In this document: piece by piece, positions 12,479 to 27,100 of the stretch
Layout of the letters: the number at the start of each line of letters is the position of its first letter
Numbering within the stretch: the stretch's first letter is position 1
Assembly: GCA_047967505.1 (NCBI GenBank)
Contig: CM106538.1
DNA from: Dipteris shenzhenensis
Taxonomy: Eukaryota
DNA length: 64,000 bases
Reading direction: 5' to 3' (one strand)
Made by a program: the position numbers and the translations under genes
Notes under the pieces: generated by a model
Database searches by the model: none
Told to the model about the DNA's origin: nothing
Seen by the model: the letters and a program-made list of their open reading frames with translations, nothing else

Positions 12479-15400
12479 AGGAGGCGGAGCAAGAGGAAGA
12501 GGATAACAAGGAGGAGCGGGAGCAGGAGAACAGGAGGAAGAAGAAGGCGGCGGTGGTAATTTCCACTGGAGGAGGCCTATGGGAATGTAAAACAGCATCG
12601 CTAGATAGGGAAAGGGGAACACAGTGTGCCACGTCAACATAGCAACCCAGGTGCTGCTAGTTGTGTGCGGTGTCATGCTCGAGGAGAGAAGGAGAAGAAA
12701 AAGCAGGAGAAAGAAGAAGAAGAACATGATGATGAGGATGGCAGTAATGCCTGCTGGAGGAGGCCTATGGGAGTATAAAACAGCATCACAAAGATAGAGA
12801 AATGTAATGTGCAACATCAACATAGTAACCTGGTGTGTGCTGCTGCAGTGTCATGCCCAAGGAATCCGTTCCTGTCCCTCCACTTGCCACATGTCTTGTA
12901 CTCTGTCTTATGCACACGGCCTTTCATGGCATAAATTACAGACACATGCATGTACATGCAGAAAAACAGCCAAAACGTGTATTATAGAAAACTCAAAAAA
13001 TAGGGAAATCGTGATACATGGTGTGCTCCATCTAGCAGCGTGGGTGCTGCTGAGATGTGGGCTGTGAGCACTCCGACGTGCTGCAGCCTGTCATCTACCT
13101 CTGTAGAACACCTCCAACATATTCCACTGTGTACTCCTGTGGAGCTTCAGTGGGATGGTCTCCTTGCAGCTCTACTTCCTCTTGAAGGTCTGCTGCCAAG
13201 GGAGTATAGTACTTACTACTGAACTGGATCCCTAGACCTGCTGCTCTTCTACGTAGCTAACTGTGAGGTATTAGTGACTTAGTATACCCTTTATGTGGGC
13301 AAATGTGTCCCTGAGGTCTGGCCAGCAGCAGCCAACCAGAGGCAGGCGGACCCTGCACCCCGACCAACTGTCTGTATGGTTGATGTAGAGACCTGTAGGG
13401 CTGCCTCTCCAGGCTGGCCTGACCTGTTTCATGTGGGCCTGACTACGGCTGCAGACTGCTAACTGGCAGTGCCTTGGCGACCTTTTCAGGGCTTATACGG
13501 CCTTCTTTGCTGCCCCATCTATGGGCCTTTCTGTCCACCCTCTAGGGCATAGCACCATGTCCATGTGCTGCCAATCTTGTTGCACAGATGGCAACACAAC
13601 AGCAGCCACAGCTCTCTTCTTTTCGCTCTGTTGAGCCCCCATGGCTTCGTCTTTTTCAGATCCCAAACCTTGTTACAGGTCATCCTCCCCCATGTCCTAT
13701 ATGGGGGCTTACAGGTGGGGAGGTGACTCCTAATTCCCAGCAGCCTGTCTCACCTATCCACTGTGGGCTTATACCCCTTGTTGATGCAGATGCTCCATCA
13801 GCTCTCAGGAACAAGTTGAAGGCGTCCCTGATCTTCACTTCTTGAACCTGAATGTGCAGCCCATGCTCCTCCAGGTCCAGCTCCATCAAGGGAAGCCATC
13901 TGGGAACATAGGTTCCATCCAAGTAGGACCAACCGTCCACGGCACCACTTCTTATCATGAGCATGTCAGTGTTCTTGAGCAATTGTGGTACCTCCATCAC
14001 GGTCAATCGAGCAGTCCCAAGACAATTGGCTGCCACCAAGGTCTGTTTCAACCCATCATTCATAGCCAAGTAACCCACATGAGTAATGGAATCCATATGC
14101 TCCACATAGATCCCCATCACCAGCTGTCCTAGAAATCCTAGATCACTCTCTAGCAATCTCCATAGACAAGCTCCCCACTGGAGTAACCCATTGGTAACAG
14201 GATTTCCCTCCATTTTAGAGGCCTTCTATGTGTTCGCCTATACCCGCTTCCAACATCTTGCAACTGTGCCATGAGGAAGCCTCTGAAACACTTGTTCATG
14301 TTAGCACTTCGAGTTCTTTGAAGCCAACCTTGACATAAGTCGTGTAGTAGGCATTGATGGCCTCTGCAATAAGACATCCCCCTCTGCTCGCCAAGAAGGC
14401 TTTCACGCTCCATTCTCTCACCACCTGTACCCGCTGAAGTCTATATTAATGGATAGAGAGAATACATGTCCTTGAGTTCCTGCTGGTCTTGAAAACAAGA
14501 CAGGTACCTCATGGAGGCATCCACCGCATCCACGTGTAACTCGGTATTACAACCTTCAGTGTTTCTTATTAGAAATAAAGGCCTCAATGCTTGAACCTCT
14601 AACGCAGCTTATGGATCTACGAAAACTCTTTCCAAACACCTCAAGATGTACAACGATTTCTGAACCCACAAAGTGTAAATGAACAGAGAGATAGAGCAGC
14701 ACGTGTACTTCCAGAAATTTCACATTACAGCAACCATGAGGGTGGCCAAATGCTTCAGGAAGAAGCCACAAACATCCAGCAAACTGCTGGGCAGCCACCA
14801 ATCAGAGAAGACTGCTCAAAATCTGAGAAATGTAGACAAGGAAGTGTTTCTGCTCGTGCATGCCTTCAGTTGAAGGGCTTTAGTTGGATGGAAAACTGCG
14901 CCCTCAAGGCCCTTTTATAGCAGCCAGCCCAGTCTGTAAGTTGTGGAACAGGCTGACCTGGTCAGTAGAAAACAGCCGGCTGGATGAGCCACATACAGAT
15001 TCAGGCAGACCAGTCTGCTGACCACAGACGACCTGCAGACCTGTTCAGGCTGCTGTCAGGGTCCCTGGTCCTCCTGCAATATGTGCTGCAGTTTTTTTTT
15101 TGTTTACCTCTTTTTTCTTCTCTTTCATTTTCTCTTTTATTTTCTGTGTAAACTAAATTTGTATGATTGGACTTATTCTAGTCTTACAAAGGTATATATA
15201 TATGATGTTGAGCATCTGTTGTTCCAATCACATGCCCAATCAGAATCACAGAATCCTCCCAGCTCTGGGCCTATGCTGTAAGTGATTCAGTATGTGCTAG
15301 TACCCTTGAGCACCTGCAATCCTCCCCTTCAGTCTCCCTTGGTTTTGAAGAACACTGGCACAGTACACCAACGCCAAAAGAAATGTCTTAAAGCAAACTG

Positions 15401-18400
15401 CCCACCAACTGTTGATACCTGCTGGCATCTACCAACTGAGAAGTATCTTCATTACTCAGCTTCAGCCTGACCTCCATCAGTGTCACTGCCTCCTTGCAGT
15501 CCTCCATCTGGAGCCGCTTCAAAATCTCATAGCAATACTGATCCTCTGAAATGAACATCCTGTGCTTTCTTTGTGCGCCTCATTATTCCAAGGAAGTAGA
15601 GGAGAAGCCCTAGATCACTCATCTTGAACTCCTTTATCAAGAGCTCCTTGACTAGCAAAATCTTCCCCTTGTAATCACCTTTAAGAATCAGACCATCAAC
15701 ATACAAGATTACCATCATCCTCTTGTCCCCTCTGTAAAGAGGTACAGGTTCTCAACCTTATGAGTGACTGTCATGATTGGAACTGCACTATGTGTTGTGT
15801 TTTTAACAGATGAGTTTGGGCATGTTCCTGGATTGATCTAGATATATTTACAGGTTTGCGTCTGATTGACTCTCTGATAATCCAATCTTATCGAAGAAAT
15901 CACTATTTTGCATGCTACAATAAATTCACAGTACTGTGTGTTTTCTGAGTTTTTATAGAAGTTGAATGTTTGGAGCACATGTGTTGTTAACTCTCTATCT
16001 TGGGCGAATCTTTCCCTCTGTTTCTCTAGACTCATCTGAGTCTATGTCACCTTCCTTCTCACAAAGGTACCCGTCATTCAGAAGTCGGAGTGTATCTAAA
16101 ATTCTACAAGCTGAGTTCTTCCTTTCAAGCAAATGCTCTGATCTCCAGGCAAGATGCACTTGTTATTCCCTTTGGGCTCTGATACCATGGCTATCCAAGA
16201 TTGACAGCGAGGCTTTGATACCATGTTAGAAAAACTATGCACATATCTCTAATATCATGTCATAATTAGAGAGCACTTGCTTTAGCCTACTTCCACAGCC
16301 AATAAGACTTGTCCCAAGGTTGACACAATGCATAAAACATATTTCACTCCGTCTTGTGCACACAAGTATTACTGAAGTAAATTATAGTTACATACTTAGA
16401 GCATGTACATGGAGTAGAACAGTCAAAACATGTCGACCTGCAAGTTGTGTGATAAAGGAGAGGTGGAAGATGATAAATATGTCCCATATGGCGAAAGAAT
16501 AGCCATCAAATCCCACTGACAACTTACGAGAGCTTTGGTGTAGATTAGCTAAATGGCGGGGAGTTTCAATAGAGACATCTGGAATTAGTTAGATTAGAGA
16601 ATCATAATTAAGGCTTTTCATTTTGTTTTGTTTCTAAAGCTAAGATGCAATTGACACTTGACAAAGCAGTTACACAAAGCTGTTTCATATATGTCCATTT
16701 AAATGTAAACATAATTTCTTGATGTCTTATCAAAGTCCCCAAAAATAGAAACATTCCGAAAATCTCAGAGGAGTTTTGCCTAGAGTTACACACAATTAGT
16801 ACATGTAAAATGTAATGGGAAACCCTAAAGTCTAATACACATGTGAGGACTCAAACATGGGTCCTAAATTTTTTTTTGTCCACATGGGACCACCTCTAGT
16901 CTCTAGACATCAATGATACATACGCATATACTCTGTGTGGGTGTGTGTGTGTCTCTCTCTCTCTCCCCCCCCCACTTCATACTATCCCCAAATTCATACT
17001 ATATCCATACCCAGCATTTCATGGTCACGACTCACACGATCCCATCAGATGCCTGGGACCACCTTGTCATGGAGATCCGAGATACACTACCTTCGTACAC
17101 GAAAGGTGGAGCAAGACGGCCTCATCCATAGCCTAGGCCAAGAGATATCACAGCTCTATAAGGAGGTGGCAGCGGTAGTGACAGCCCTGGGCAGTGGGCC
17201 AGCAGTTGAGGTAGTGTAGTTGACTATCTCATGGGATTCCTGCCTTCAATTCACATTTTACTAACTTCTCCGTCTCACCACCACCACTAGAAGTAGACCA
17301 AAGTCCATGGTTGCCCTTGTTCAACGTACGGAACGTTCCGTACGTTCGGTTCTGTGCCATACTGTCACATGCACCCCTGCACTTGGGTGCAAGGTGACAC
17401 ACTGGCTACATCGACAAGTGCATTATAGTTCCCAAATAGGAAATTTTGTCGTATGCTGTGACCCCTTTGTGAGCCCTTGTCCAGGGAGAGTCAGGCACAA
17501 GCTACGTAGGTCAGTCTCTCAGCCTTAGGTCAAGTCAGTAAGTCAGTTCTTGTTCACTAGCTAGTACCCATTGGAGAACAGTAGGTTAAGTGTTTCTATC
17601 TTATAGTTTAGGTCTTAGCCTAGGTTAGGAGTCCCTTTAGGCTCTCCAAAGGCTGGACAGGTAAGCAGGGAAGGCAGCCTGCAAAGGCTGCCCAAAAACT
17701 CCCCTGAGTCGGTCTGTTTTATAGGCTGGTTGTAGACCAACCAGTCTGTAAAACAGACCGACTCAGTCAGCTGTTTACAGACTGGGTTGGCTCAGTCCAG
17801 CCCTATAAAAGGGCCCCTAGGCTGCCCTTTTTTCTCATCCAGTGGTCCTGCCTTCAGCTCTCCTACAAGCTCCACTCCAGCCTCCTTGTGTCAGTTCTGG
17901 CCCTGCTCTAGCCTCAGTCCCTTGGCCATCAGTTTAAGCCTGATCTGAAGGTGTCCACGCAGCACAACAGTTGGAGGTTTGGACCAGCAAACGGAGAGAG
18001 GTTTGGACACTGTTTCCTCAGCTTTTCTCAGTTTTCTTTACAGGCTACACAGCCTACTTCTTAGCTCTAGTTTCTCAGTCATATCTCAACTCTCTCTCAG
18101 TATCTATCACTCTCAGCTATCACTCTCTCACTCATGCAGTAACCCTGCATTCCGGTAGACAGCACAAGCCTCTCCCTTGCCTTGCAGAAGCGTCCTACAT
18201 CGTTAGTGTGGACAGCATCAAGGTCTCGGTACTGGTCGGTGTTGTCTCTTAGGTCTTTGGGTCTACTATACGTGTGCACAGTGAGCTCTTCAGAAGCGCG
18301 TTCCGTGCTCTCTCGAAGAGTGTTCTTTGTATTTCTCAGTTCTCCAAGTATAAACAAATTCTCCCCTGATTGGGGGAGGGGGCCCTTAGTGGGTACAGGG

Positions 18401-21082
18401 ACCCAATCGGTTGTCGACTCTACTCTCTCTCTACCCTCATCTCCTTTCTCTCTCTATGGTAAACAACGCTCTTTCCTCGCTAAAGGTTTAAAGAAGGTCT
18501 TGCTGTGAATTACACGATTAGATAACTGTTGCATGTTACATTGGTATCAGAGCTTCGGTCTATATCCAGCTTGATTATCGCGAGTGTATGGTTGTGTTGA
18601 GATCCGGAAAGGACACACAATCAAGTGCCATGGAAGGGTCAGGAAAAGATTTCAACCGCGAAGACTTTGAAGAGGAGAAAGACTACCAACAAGATACGCT
18701 TCTGCCAAATGCTTAAGAAGCGAAGGTGAATCTTCTAGAGCAGAATTGGGTCTTGCTGTAGCAACTCGAAGAACATTCATCCCAGTTGGAAGAAAGCAAA
18801 AGACACCTAGACCAGACAAAACAACGTTTGGAGGAAAAAGAAGTAGAAAAGTCTATGGAAGAAAGAGGAACCATGTATTTTGAAAAACTATTCTTGATGA
18901 TGCGTGAGGAACGTAAAAATGAGGAGGCACTGCGACGCTCAAAGCTCGCCCAGGCAGAGAGGCAACAAAAGCTAGACCGAGAGGCGATGCTTCTCCCACA
19001 CAAACAGATGCTAGCTGCTATGTAGGCAAGTTTGATCGCAGCAGCCGTCTCCGCCACAGCTTCGCCATCGACAAAGGTAACACCACTCACTGAGTCCACT
19101 CCAAATTTTGTTAAGTATGATGGTAAGTGTGACCATTCAGCAATGTAATAATTTATTCATCAGTTTGTAGCTGATTTTCCATTAGCACGCATTCAAGATG
19201 AGCAAGATAAAGTCCACCTTGCAGCCCCTCATCTTACAGGTGAGGCGGTGACTTGGTGGCAGCATTGGGCTAGTAAGTATACTGACCCAAACACGTTTAA
19301 GACAAATTTCGTTTGGGCAACGTTTGTGGCCGACCTCAAAGCCTGTTTTTCTCCCGCCCCAATATCTGCTTAACTTGGAGGATGAGTTCGCTCGTCTCTC
19401 CGAGAATGGTTTGCCTGTGTTGACATACAGTAACAAGGTCATCACACTGGCACAACAGTTGGGCGTGACAGAGAGCGCCAAGATGAAGCAATTCATTCGA
19501 GGATTGGACACGAACATACGTTTTACCATTTGGAACTTCGATCCGTTGGATTACGAGCAGGCGCTGACTCTTGCACAGAATTAGGAGATGATGCTGAACG
19601 GGGGAAAGCCCAAGCATGTCCTGAAAGATTCCAAAGCCCCGCAGCAGTCAAATAACACAACGGGTAAGGATCAGAAGAAGGACAACCAGTTCCAAAAGAA
19701 AGACGGCCATGCTTCTGGTTAAAAGGAGTCCAAGCCAAAGATGACTCCGGATGAGAAGGCTCAAGCGGATACAGGAGGCTATCTACAGCCCGATGAGCAG
19801 AAGTGGTACCGCACACACATCACGCATAAGGCCATCCAGTTCACTTTTTCAGTCGTAGAGAGACGCTTCACATGCTGGTTGATAACAGCTTCATTTTGGA
19901 TGAGGACTTGAAGAAAGAATTAGGATTTTTGTGGTGGGGGTGGTGAGGCACTTAACCCTCATCCCCCCTTGTGTTGGAATGCTTAGTGGTGCTCATGGTG
20001 TCCTTATCGGATCTTGTTTGGACCATAATACAATGGAGCTGCCCCTAAACTGACCCTCCCTATCCCAGGAAAGAAATTCTGAAGCTTTGATACCAGTCTA
20101 GCGGGAGATAGACTATCCTCACTCTCTCTTCTGCGCAACACAAACTGCAAACTGCAAGATGATGCACTCAATACACAAAGTGATGTTGTGGATGTGAGAG
20201 AGAGAATAAGAGGGACATAATGTAGTGGGCCTCTGAAGAGGAATAGATACAACTGAATAAAGAATGACCAAAGGGCTGAATACAATTGTATAGAGGGGCT
20301 AAAACCCTCACTGCAAAACTGTCCTAGACTAGATACTGAGTAGAGGAGCATACAAACGCACACTGCCTCCTATAACTTGGGGCTGTCGATGGGAACTTCA
20401 TGCTTTATAGGATTGTTATTCATTGCATTGAGGTGGTTTGAAATAGAGATTGTGATGCCGATTTCTGTAGTGTACTTTTTTGATGAATTTCTCTCTAGTC
20501 CAAACAACCTAGTTTGGCTTGTTATTTCCAATTAAGATATGTATATGTGAAGCACTTGCTTGTCTTGCATGAGCATGATATTGCCATATTGGTTTTATAA
20601 GTGTAAAAGGATATGAACTGTAGTGTTAATTGCAGGTTTTGGCTGACCATGTGGGAATCCCATGTCGATTAGTGAAAGGAAGCCACTATACTGGAACAGA
20701 TGAAGGGGCAGTGAACCTTGTAAAGATGGACAAGGGAAGGTTAGAATGTTTCACTTTCCCATTGCTGCATCATTATGTATTGTTATCATTGGGAAGGATT
20801 GTGTATATATGGGCATTTTATAATTTCAATCTGATTGTTGGTATTATTTGCTTCGTTCAATCAATAATTTTATATTGCTTTGCAATAGCATGGTGACATT
20901 GATGGTTCTATTTGCTATCATCCCAGTTAAAAGACTTCTCACACGTGTGACATGTGTGTTTGTGTGTGTGTGTTCACCGTTTACTTGTCTTACAATGAAA
21001 TTTTCTGATCTTGTAATTTGCTGCTCTCCACTTTGGGGACAGCCGCTTGTAATATAAAAAATACATGGATTTCACCCCCCCT

Positions 21083-21116
<34 letters not shown>

Positions 21117-24100
21117 TGTGTGTGTGTGTACGTGAAATAATAATAATGTGTGTGTGTGAGTTTTGTAAAAAAAGTGTGTGTGTGTGTGAGTAATAATGTT
21201 ATTATTAGATGGGACTCTGGGATCTTTTGAAACCCAAATGGCAGCTTATGTTTGGGTACTGATGAGAACATAATTGTAGCTTTGCCTACTAAAGTATTTT
21301 TATTTTTTATTTTTCTCATTTACTCATAGTCTGTTTAAAGTTGCTTACAAACTCCTTTTCTTCGTTGTTCTTTGCTTGTAGATTCAAGTTGGATTATGAA
21401 TGATTTTGTGGGAGTTATACCAGCCATAAAGTTTTTAAACCCCTCCCAGAGTGCAAAGTAAAGTGTACTCCATGTTGGAAATGGAAGTTAAAGAAGACGA
21501 GAGAATGGAGTTGAAGCAAGCTAGAATGAAATTGCATCAAGAACAATGAACTACAAAGCTAGGTTAGTCATAGAGACAAAACCCTAGGATGGACCCTAAT
21601 TGGGGTCGAAAGAGATGTGGCGAAAGTTTAATGCTTTGCGAAAGGCCTCAAGCTTTGGATGAGATAATGCTTTGGTGAAGAGATCTGCCACATTCTGCTG
21701 TGTAGGGTAGAAGAACAAGTTGATGTCCTGTGCATCTAGCTGCTCCTTGACAGAGTGATAATGAATTTCAATGTGTTTAGCACTTGCATGAAACACAAGA
21801 TTCCATGCCACAACATTGACACTTTGATTGCCAATGAGAATTGGAGTAGGATTCTCCAATGATGCATAAAGATCTCACCCAGCAAACACCTCAACCAAAT
21901 ACACTTGACCATGGCTGTGAAGGCTGCCTTGTACCCAGCCCCATATGAGGTAGCCACCGTAGACTGTTTCTTGCTTAACCAAGAAATGCATGAGTATCCA
22001 AAAAGAAACATTTACCACTGGTTGACTGCTGAGTATCAAAATCACTAGCCCAGTCCGAACATGTAAGGGAAAGTCACCCCTCTTGGGAAAGAGCAGACCA
22101 AGAGATTTGCAAATAATAGAGCACATGCTTCACAGCTTGCGAAATTGAAGTCTTTGGGCTGTGCATAAACCTGCTCAGCTGAGACATTGCATATTGAGTG
22201 TCAGGACGTGTATTGCATAAATAAATGGGGTATCCCACACCTTGGCTGTAAATAGAGGCATCAAAAGGTTCCATGGCATCATGAACGGACAACTTAAGCC
22301 CTGCTCCCTAGGAGTAGAGATGGGCTTGCAATTCTGAAATCTGAGCTATTCTAGGAGCTTACCAATATTCTTGGACTGCAACAGCCCCAATACCTCTATC
22401 ATCTTGTATAAACTAGATTCCCAAATAGTAGTGAAGCAACTCCAAATCTGACATCTCAAATTGCTGCTGTAAGTCAGCCTTAAAATCTGCAATTTTTGCA
22501 GCATTATACCAGCAAGCAGCATGCCATTGACATAAAGGACACTAATGAGCAAATCCCTCCTCCCTTCTTTTCTGATATAGAGGGTGCTCTCATGTGGACT
22601 ATTCTACATTCCCCGATGACGACATAAGTGTTGCTTTGCTTGCTAAGTATGTCTTCCTTTTGTTTTTCAAAAAGTTTTTGTTACCTCTTTTTTTCTCTTT
22701 TATTTTCTGTGTGGATTTTTGGACTTTAGAACAACAAAAAATCTCATTTTGTATGATTGGATATATTCTAGTCTTACAAAGGTATATGTTCCACATTCCC
22801 TGTCTAGTAAAAAATGCATATATCTTTGCATACCAAGATTGAGGAGCTTGCTTCAGACCATACAAGGCCTATCTGAAGTTGCACACGTCTTCTTCCTTTG
22901 TAGGTTCCACAAATCCAATGGGTTGAGAAACATAGATAAAACCAGACTGACCGGTGGAAGACAGCTATGGCTTCAATATCACCACTCTTAAACGACGGGA
23001 TTTATACTCTCAAAAGCTCTCCCTCACTCCCTCTCTCTGGAGATGCACTAGGGCCCAGGACAATTCGTCGGGCTGGACCCCCCCGAAGGTCTTTATTCAT
23101 CCAAGAAAAATCTGTTACAGAAGTTCAGCGTAGAGCTGTCTGGAAACCTCTCTACTTTTAAAACGTGAATAATCCACTTTATTACAAGAGCTTCAAGCTC
23201 AATTCAAATTGGCAACATGCCACTTGTCTAGATCTAGACTAAGTCCTATTACATGCCACTAAGGGCCATTTTGGAGTCTTCAAAGCTCTCGGTCACACGA
23301 ACCGCCTCCTAGATGCTTGTCAGGCTCCCATTTCGCTTAGGAAAAATAATCCTTCCTAGTACCTGCAACAATTAATTAAAGCGCACCACCATGGTACCCA
23401 TTAATTGTTAGCGCTTTGCATGCAAATAACACACTGTGGACTAATCCTAGTCACGGTGGGCGTCCCCACTGAACACGTGCACATCTAAACAAATATATAT
23501 ACAAATAAACATATATATATTCTCTGGTTGACCGGAGTCAACACTCTTGATTATAATTAAAGCTTTGACCAAAGGTCAAGGCGCCTTAATTATAGCCAAG
23601 TCTCTCCAACCAAAGTTGGCACATCTTGGTTAATCAGGGTTAACCCTCTTGGCGCATGCCAAGTCTTGTTGACCGAAGTCAACACTCTCTGACCGCAGTC
23701 AGGTTTACTTGACTGGAGTCAAGTATCTTTGACCGTAGTCAATCCTTTGACCATTAAAATAACTCTTTGACCATAATTAACACATATAAAACTCTTTAAT
23801 TATGATCAAATAAATGGTCAACTGTACTTTGACTTAGGATATTTACATTGTAGTGACATAGACCTCCTCCTAGAGGTCGCCCTTCAAAAATGCTGTTTTA
23901 ATGTCTAGTTGATGGATCTTCCATCCATGAAATGTGGGCAATGCAACCACACACCTAACGGTGGACGTACAAGAAGTGGGGGAAAAGGTTTCATCATAAT
24001 CTATGCCTTTTTGATGTGCTGGTAGGCAAGTCCACCAATTCCTAAGTGTGGATTTTCTCAAAGGAATGAGTCTCTCCTTGCATTGCCTGCATCCAATGCA

Positions 24101-27100
24101 CATTATCTTGTGCATCATAAAAAACAGTTAGGCTCATTTGCCTCAAGTATGCTACTGACCTAAGCAGACTCACAAAAAGGGTCATCCTCAGTGTCTCTAG
24201 TGCCAGCTAGGAAGTGGTGCATAAAGCTTGCTGTCCTCAAGAGTGCGGAGTGGCCAACGAGGTACTGATCTTACTTCCTGCCCTGCTGTACTTTCAGGTG
24301 AGAAACAAGATCAGCCATAGGCTGAACTGAGGCATCACCCACTAGAGTATCTTGCTACAAAATTTGATTTTCCATTGTCATATTAGGTGCAGGCCTAAAG
24401 GAAATGGGCAGTAGCCCGTTAGAGGGTTCAGAAGGACTCTGATTCCTTTTAAAACCAGCAATGCAATTTCAGCAATTGTTGTTAGAATTATAGATATAAT
24501 TCAGTGATCAATGTAATTTAATAAGCTAGCTAGGGGCACTTTTCCCTTTTTAAGAGGTTTTGCCCCCTAACCTTAGTTAGTCCACTAACTATGGTTAGTG
24601 ACTACTAAGGTTTTGTCACTAGGACAAAACCTAATCTCACTCCTTCAGTTGTATCTCTCACACTCTTCTATTGCAACTAAGCTTTCAAGCTCTCAACTCA
24701 CTCTCTTGCTCTCTCTCCACTCACACTCACATTTGGTATCAGACCAGATCGTGCTCTTGGACTTGCTCCCTACTCTCGGACTCTAGCTCCCGCGAACTCC
24801 CTTTGCTGGCCGTACCTTCTCTCTGTTGCAGTCTCGTCGCCCGTACAATTGCAGCGCCGTACAGCCTGCAGCTCCATTCCGTACAGTTCGCCATCGTCGC
24901 CGTACAGCAGGTCTTCAGCCATACAGCCCGTCCGCCGTACAGTTCCGTACGCCCTCGTTGACAGCGCCGTCCGTACAATCTGTACGATTCGTCATCGCCA
25001 GCCATACAGCTCTTGCGTCATTTTGACCATACTGATCTTTGGTTGCTGCTCGTACAAGTACCTGCGAATTCTTCCGTACAGCTTGTTGGCTGTTCTTTGC
25101 GTTGCCTTCCGTACAAGACGTACAGACTGTTCCGTACACTCTTCGTACCTGCTGTACATTCTGTACTGTTTTGCCGTATAGCCTGCATCACACAGCTCGT
25201 CTGTACAGTACGGCCATTTGTATTTGCGGGCAGACATTGTAAACACTTTGCAGGTGTTGAAGAAATTTGGAGCTGCACTTGGAGCAAGCATTGCAGATCT
25301 GGTCTGAAATTTGGGGCTTTTGCTCAGAAATTGCAGATTTGGGGCTTTTAGTAAATTTGCCCCTTTCTAGTTGCAATTTCAAGCTCGAAATTCGGGGCTT
25401 TTAGTTTTGCAGTTCAATTTCTTGCAGAAATTTGGGGATTTTGTGATTACACTGCAATTTCGTAGTGAAATTTGGGGCTTTTGCAGACAGAGCGCAATTC
25501 TTGCAACATTTGGGGCTTTTGATCAATTTGCCCCTTTCTGGTTGCAATTTCAGGCCTATTTTGGGGCTTTTGTGTTGGGAGAGCAATTTTGGAGATTTCA
25601 GTTCATACTGCCTTTCTTGAAGTGTTTTGCAGCACTTTTGGCAAATTCTGGAGAGTTTCTGATGCTTGGACAGATTTCTGACAGTGCAAGTGCAGAAATA
25701 TGAGTTGCATTTATAGCCAGTGCTTGGCTGTGTTTTTTGGGAGTTGTGCATTTCATTCCTAACAAGGGAATTCAGTTTTGTATTTGCTGTAATCTCTTTC
25801 TCAGACATGGCCCAGCAAAATCAGAATGATTTTCAGTTCGGTGGTCTTTCAGAGGAAGACAAGTTGGATGGTACCAACTACTCCCTCTGGAGTTTTATGG
25901 TACACAATATTCTGATTTCTCGTAATTTATGGGATAATGTGAATGGGGGTGAGATCCGGCGAGCAGGTATGGCACCTAATACCCCTCCCCAGCAAGTAGG
26001 TGGAAGAGGTCGTGCACAGGGTGCAGTTGCAGGACAAGTTGTTGGTGCAGCTATAGTCACTACTCCAGATCAGAAGAGATGGGATTCACCGGATGCCTTA
26101 GCTTTGTCATGCATCTCTCTTTCAGTGAAAAGATTTATCATTCCGCATATCCGGTCGTGTAAGACCTCGAAGGCAGCGTGGGATATCTTAGAAAGCATGT
26201 ATGCAGCCCGGAATGATGCAAGGGTATCTTTCTTGAAAAGAGAGTTAAGTAATACACATATGGAAGAGGGTGACTCCATGTCAGTCTACCTCACAAAGCT
26301 ACAGGATCTCAGAGAGCAATGTAAGAAATCCTAGATTTACTATATTTAGAAATGTGCTAAGGAACAGAAAGGAGACTGAAATAGCAGAGAACAAGGAATA
26401 ATTATATTGCTTGAATGTTTGTAGGGTATTTGTTGTGTCTCATCCATACAATTGGGCCTCTCTTATATAGAAAGTGAAGAGTCACACATGAAAAGGTGTG
26501 TACTCCAAAGTGTATGTGCATGAAGAGTGTGTATCCCTTGTGAAGGGTGTGACCCTTGATGAGAGGGTACATTACAATAGGAGTGTCTCTTTCATAGAGT
26601 CTCTCTTGTGAAGGGTTGTGCCTCATAGGAAGTGTCCCGTCGAAAGGGCATACCCTTCCACAAGTGTCCATTCATCAAACCATCCATAAGTCTAGATAAA
26701 GAGAAAGGAATACGTCACAGATCGTGACATCCCCTCCCACTCAAAATAAGACCCAAGTGGAGATAATGAACTGATGTAGAAAATATCACGGTAAATTCTG
26801 AAAATACTGCTGCAAAATGTTAGGGTACTGCTATAAGTCTTCATCAGATTGCCAAGTAGCATCGGAGTCGTCCAGATCTCGCCAAAGAACAAGGAATTCT
26901 GTGATAAGTCGATGTCGAGTCTCTCGCTGTCGATGGTCCAAAATACGCTCAGGAATAAGGAGAACATAATCGTCTTCGATTTTTGGGACATAATCACCTG
27001 CAGGAGGAACTGCTTCATTGCCTGGAATGTATGTCTTTAGCTAAGAAATATGAAGTGTTGGTTGGATTTAACCCCATGATGGTGGTAATTCCAATTTGTA

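Noticed and set aside
12285-12823. Low-complexity ORFs (SLSLSL, poly-S/F/L) here and at other microsatellites
   Set aside because: Artefacts of stop-free simple repeats
21229-21270. Hammerhead ribozyme (GAAAC-stem-GTA followed by CTGATGA; also at 39425-39462)
   Set aside because: No stem I between the cleavage triplet and CTGATGA and no stem II; the sequence is better explained as the coding tail [12 protein letters not shown]
23848-23855. CACTA terminal inverted repeat (TTGTAGTG)
   Set aside because: No matching left terminus; reads as Copia RT VYVT(Q) on the minus strand
24671-25351. Many overlapping ORFs on both strands
   Set aside because: By-product of the GC-rich CGTAC array in the Copia leader; no protein motif
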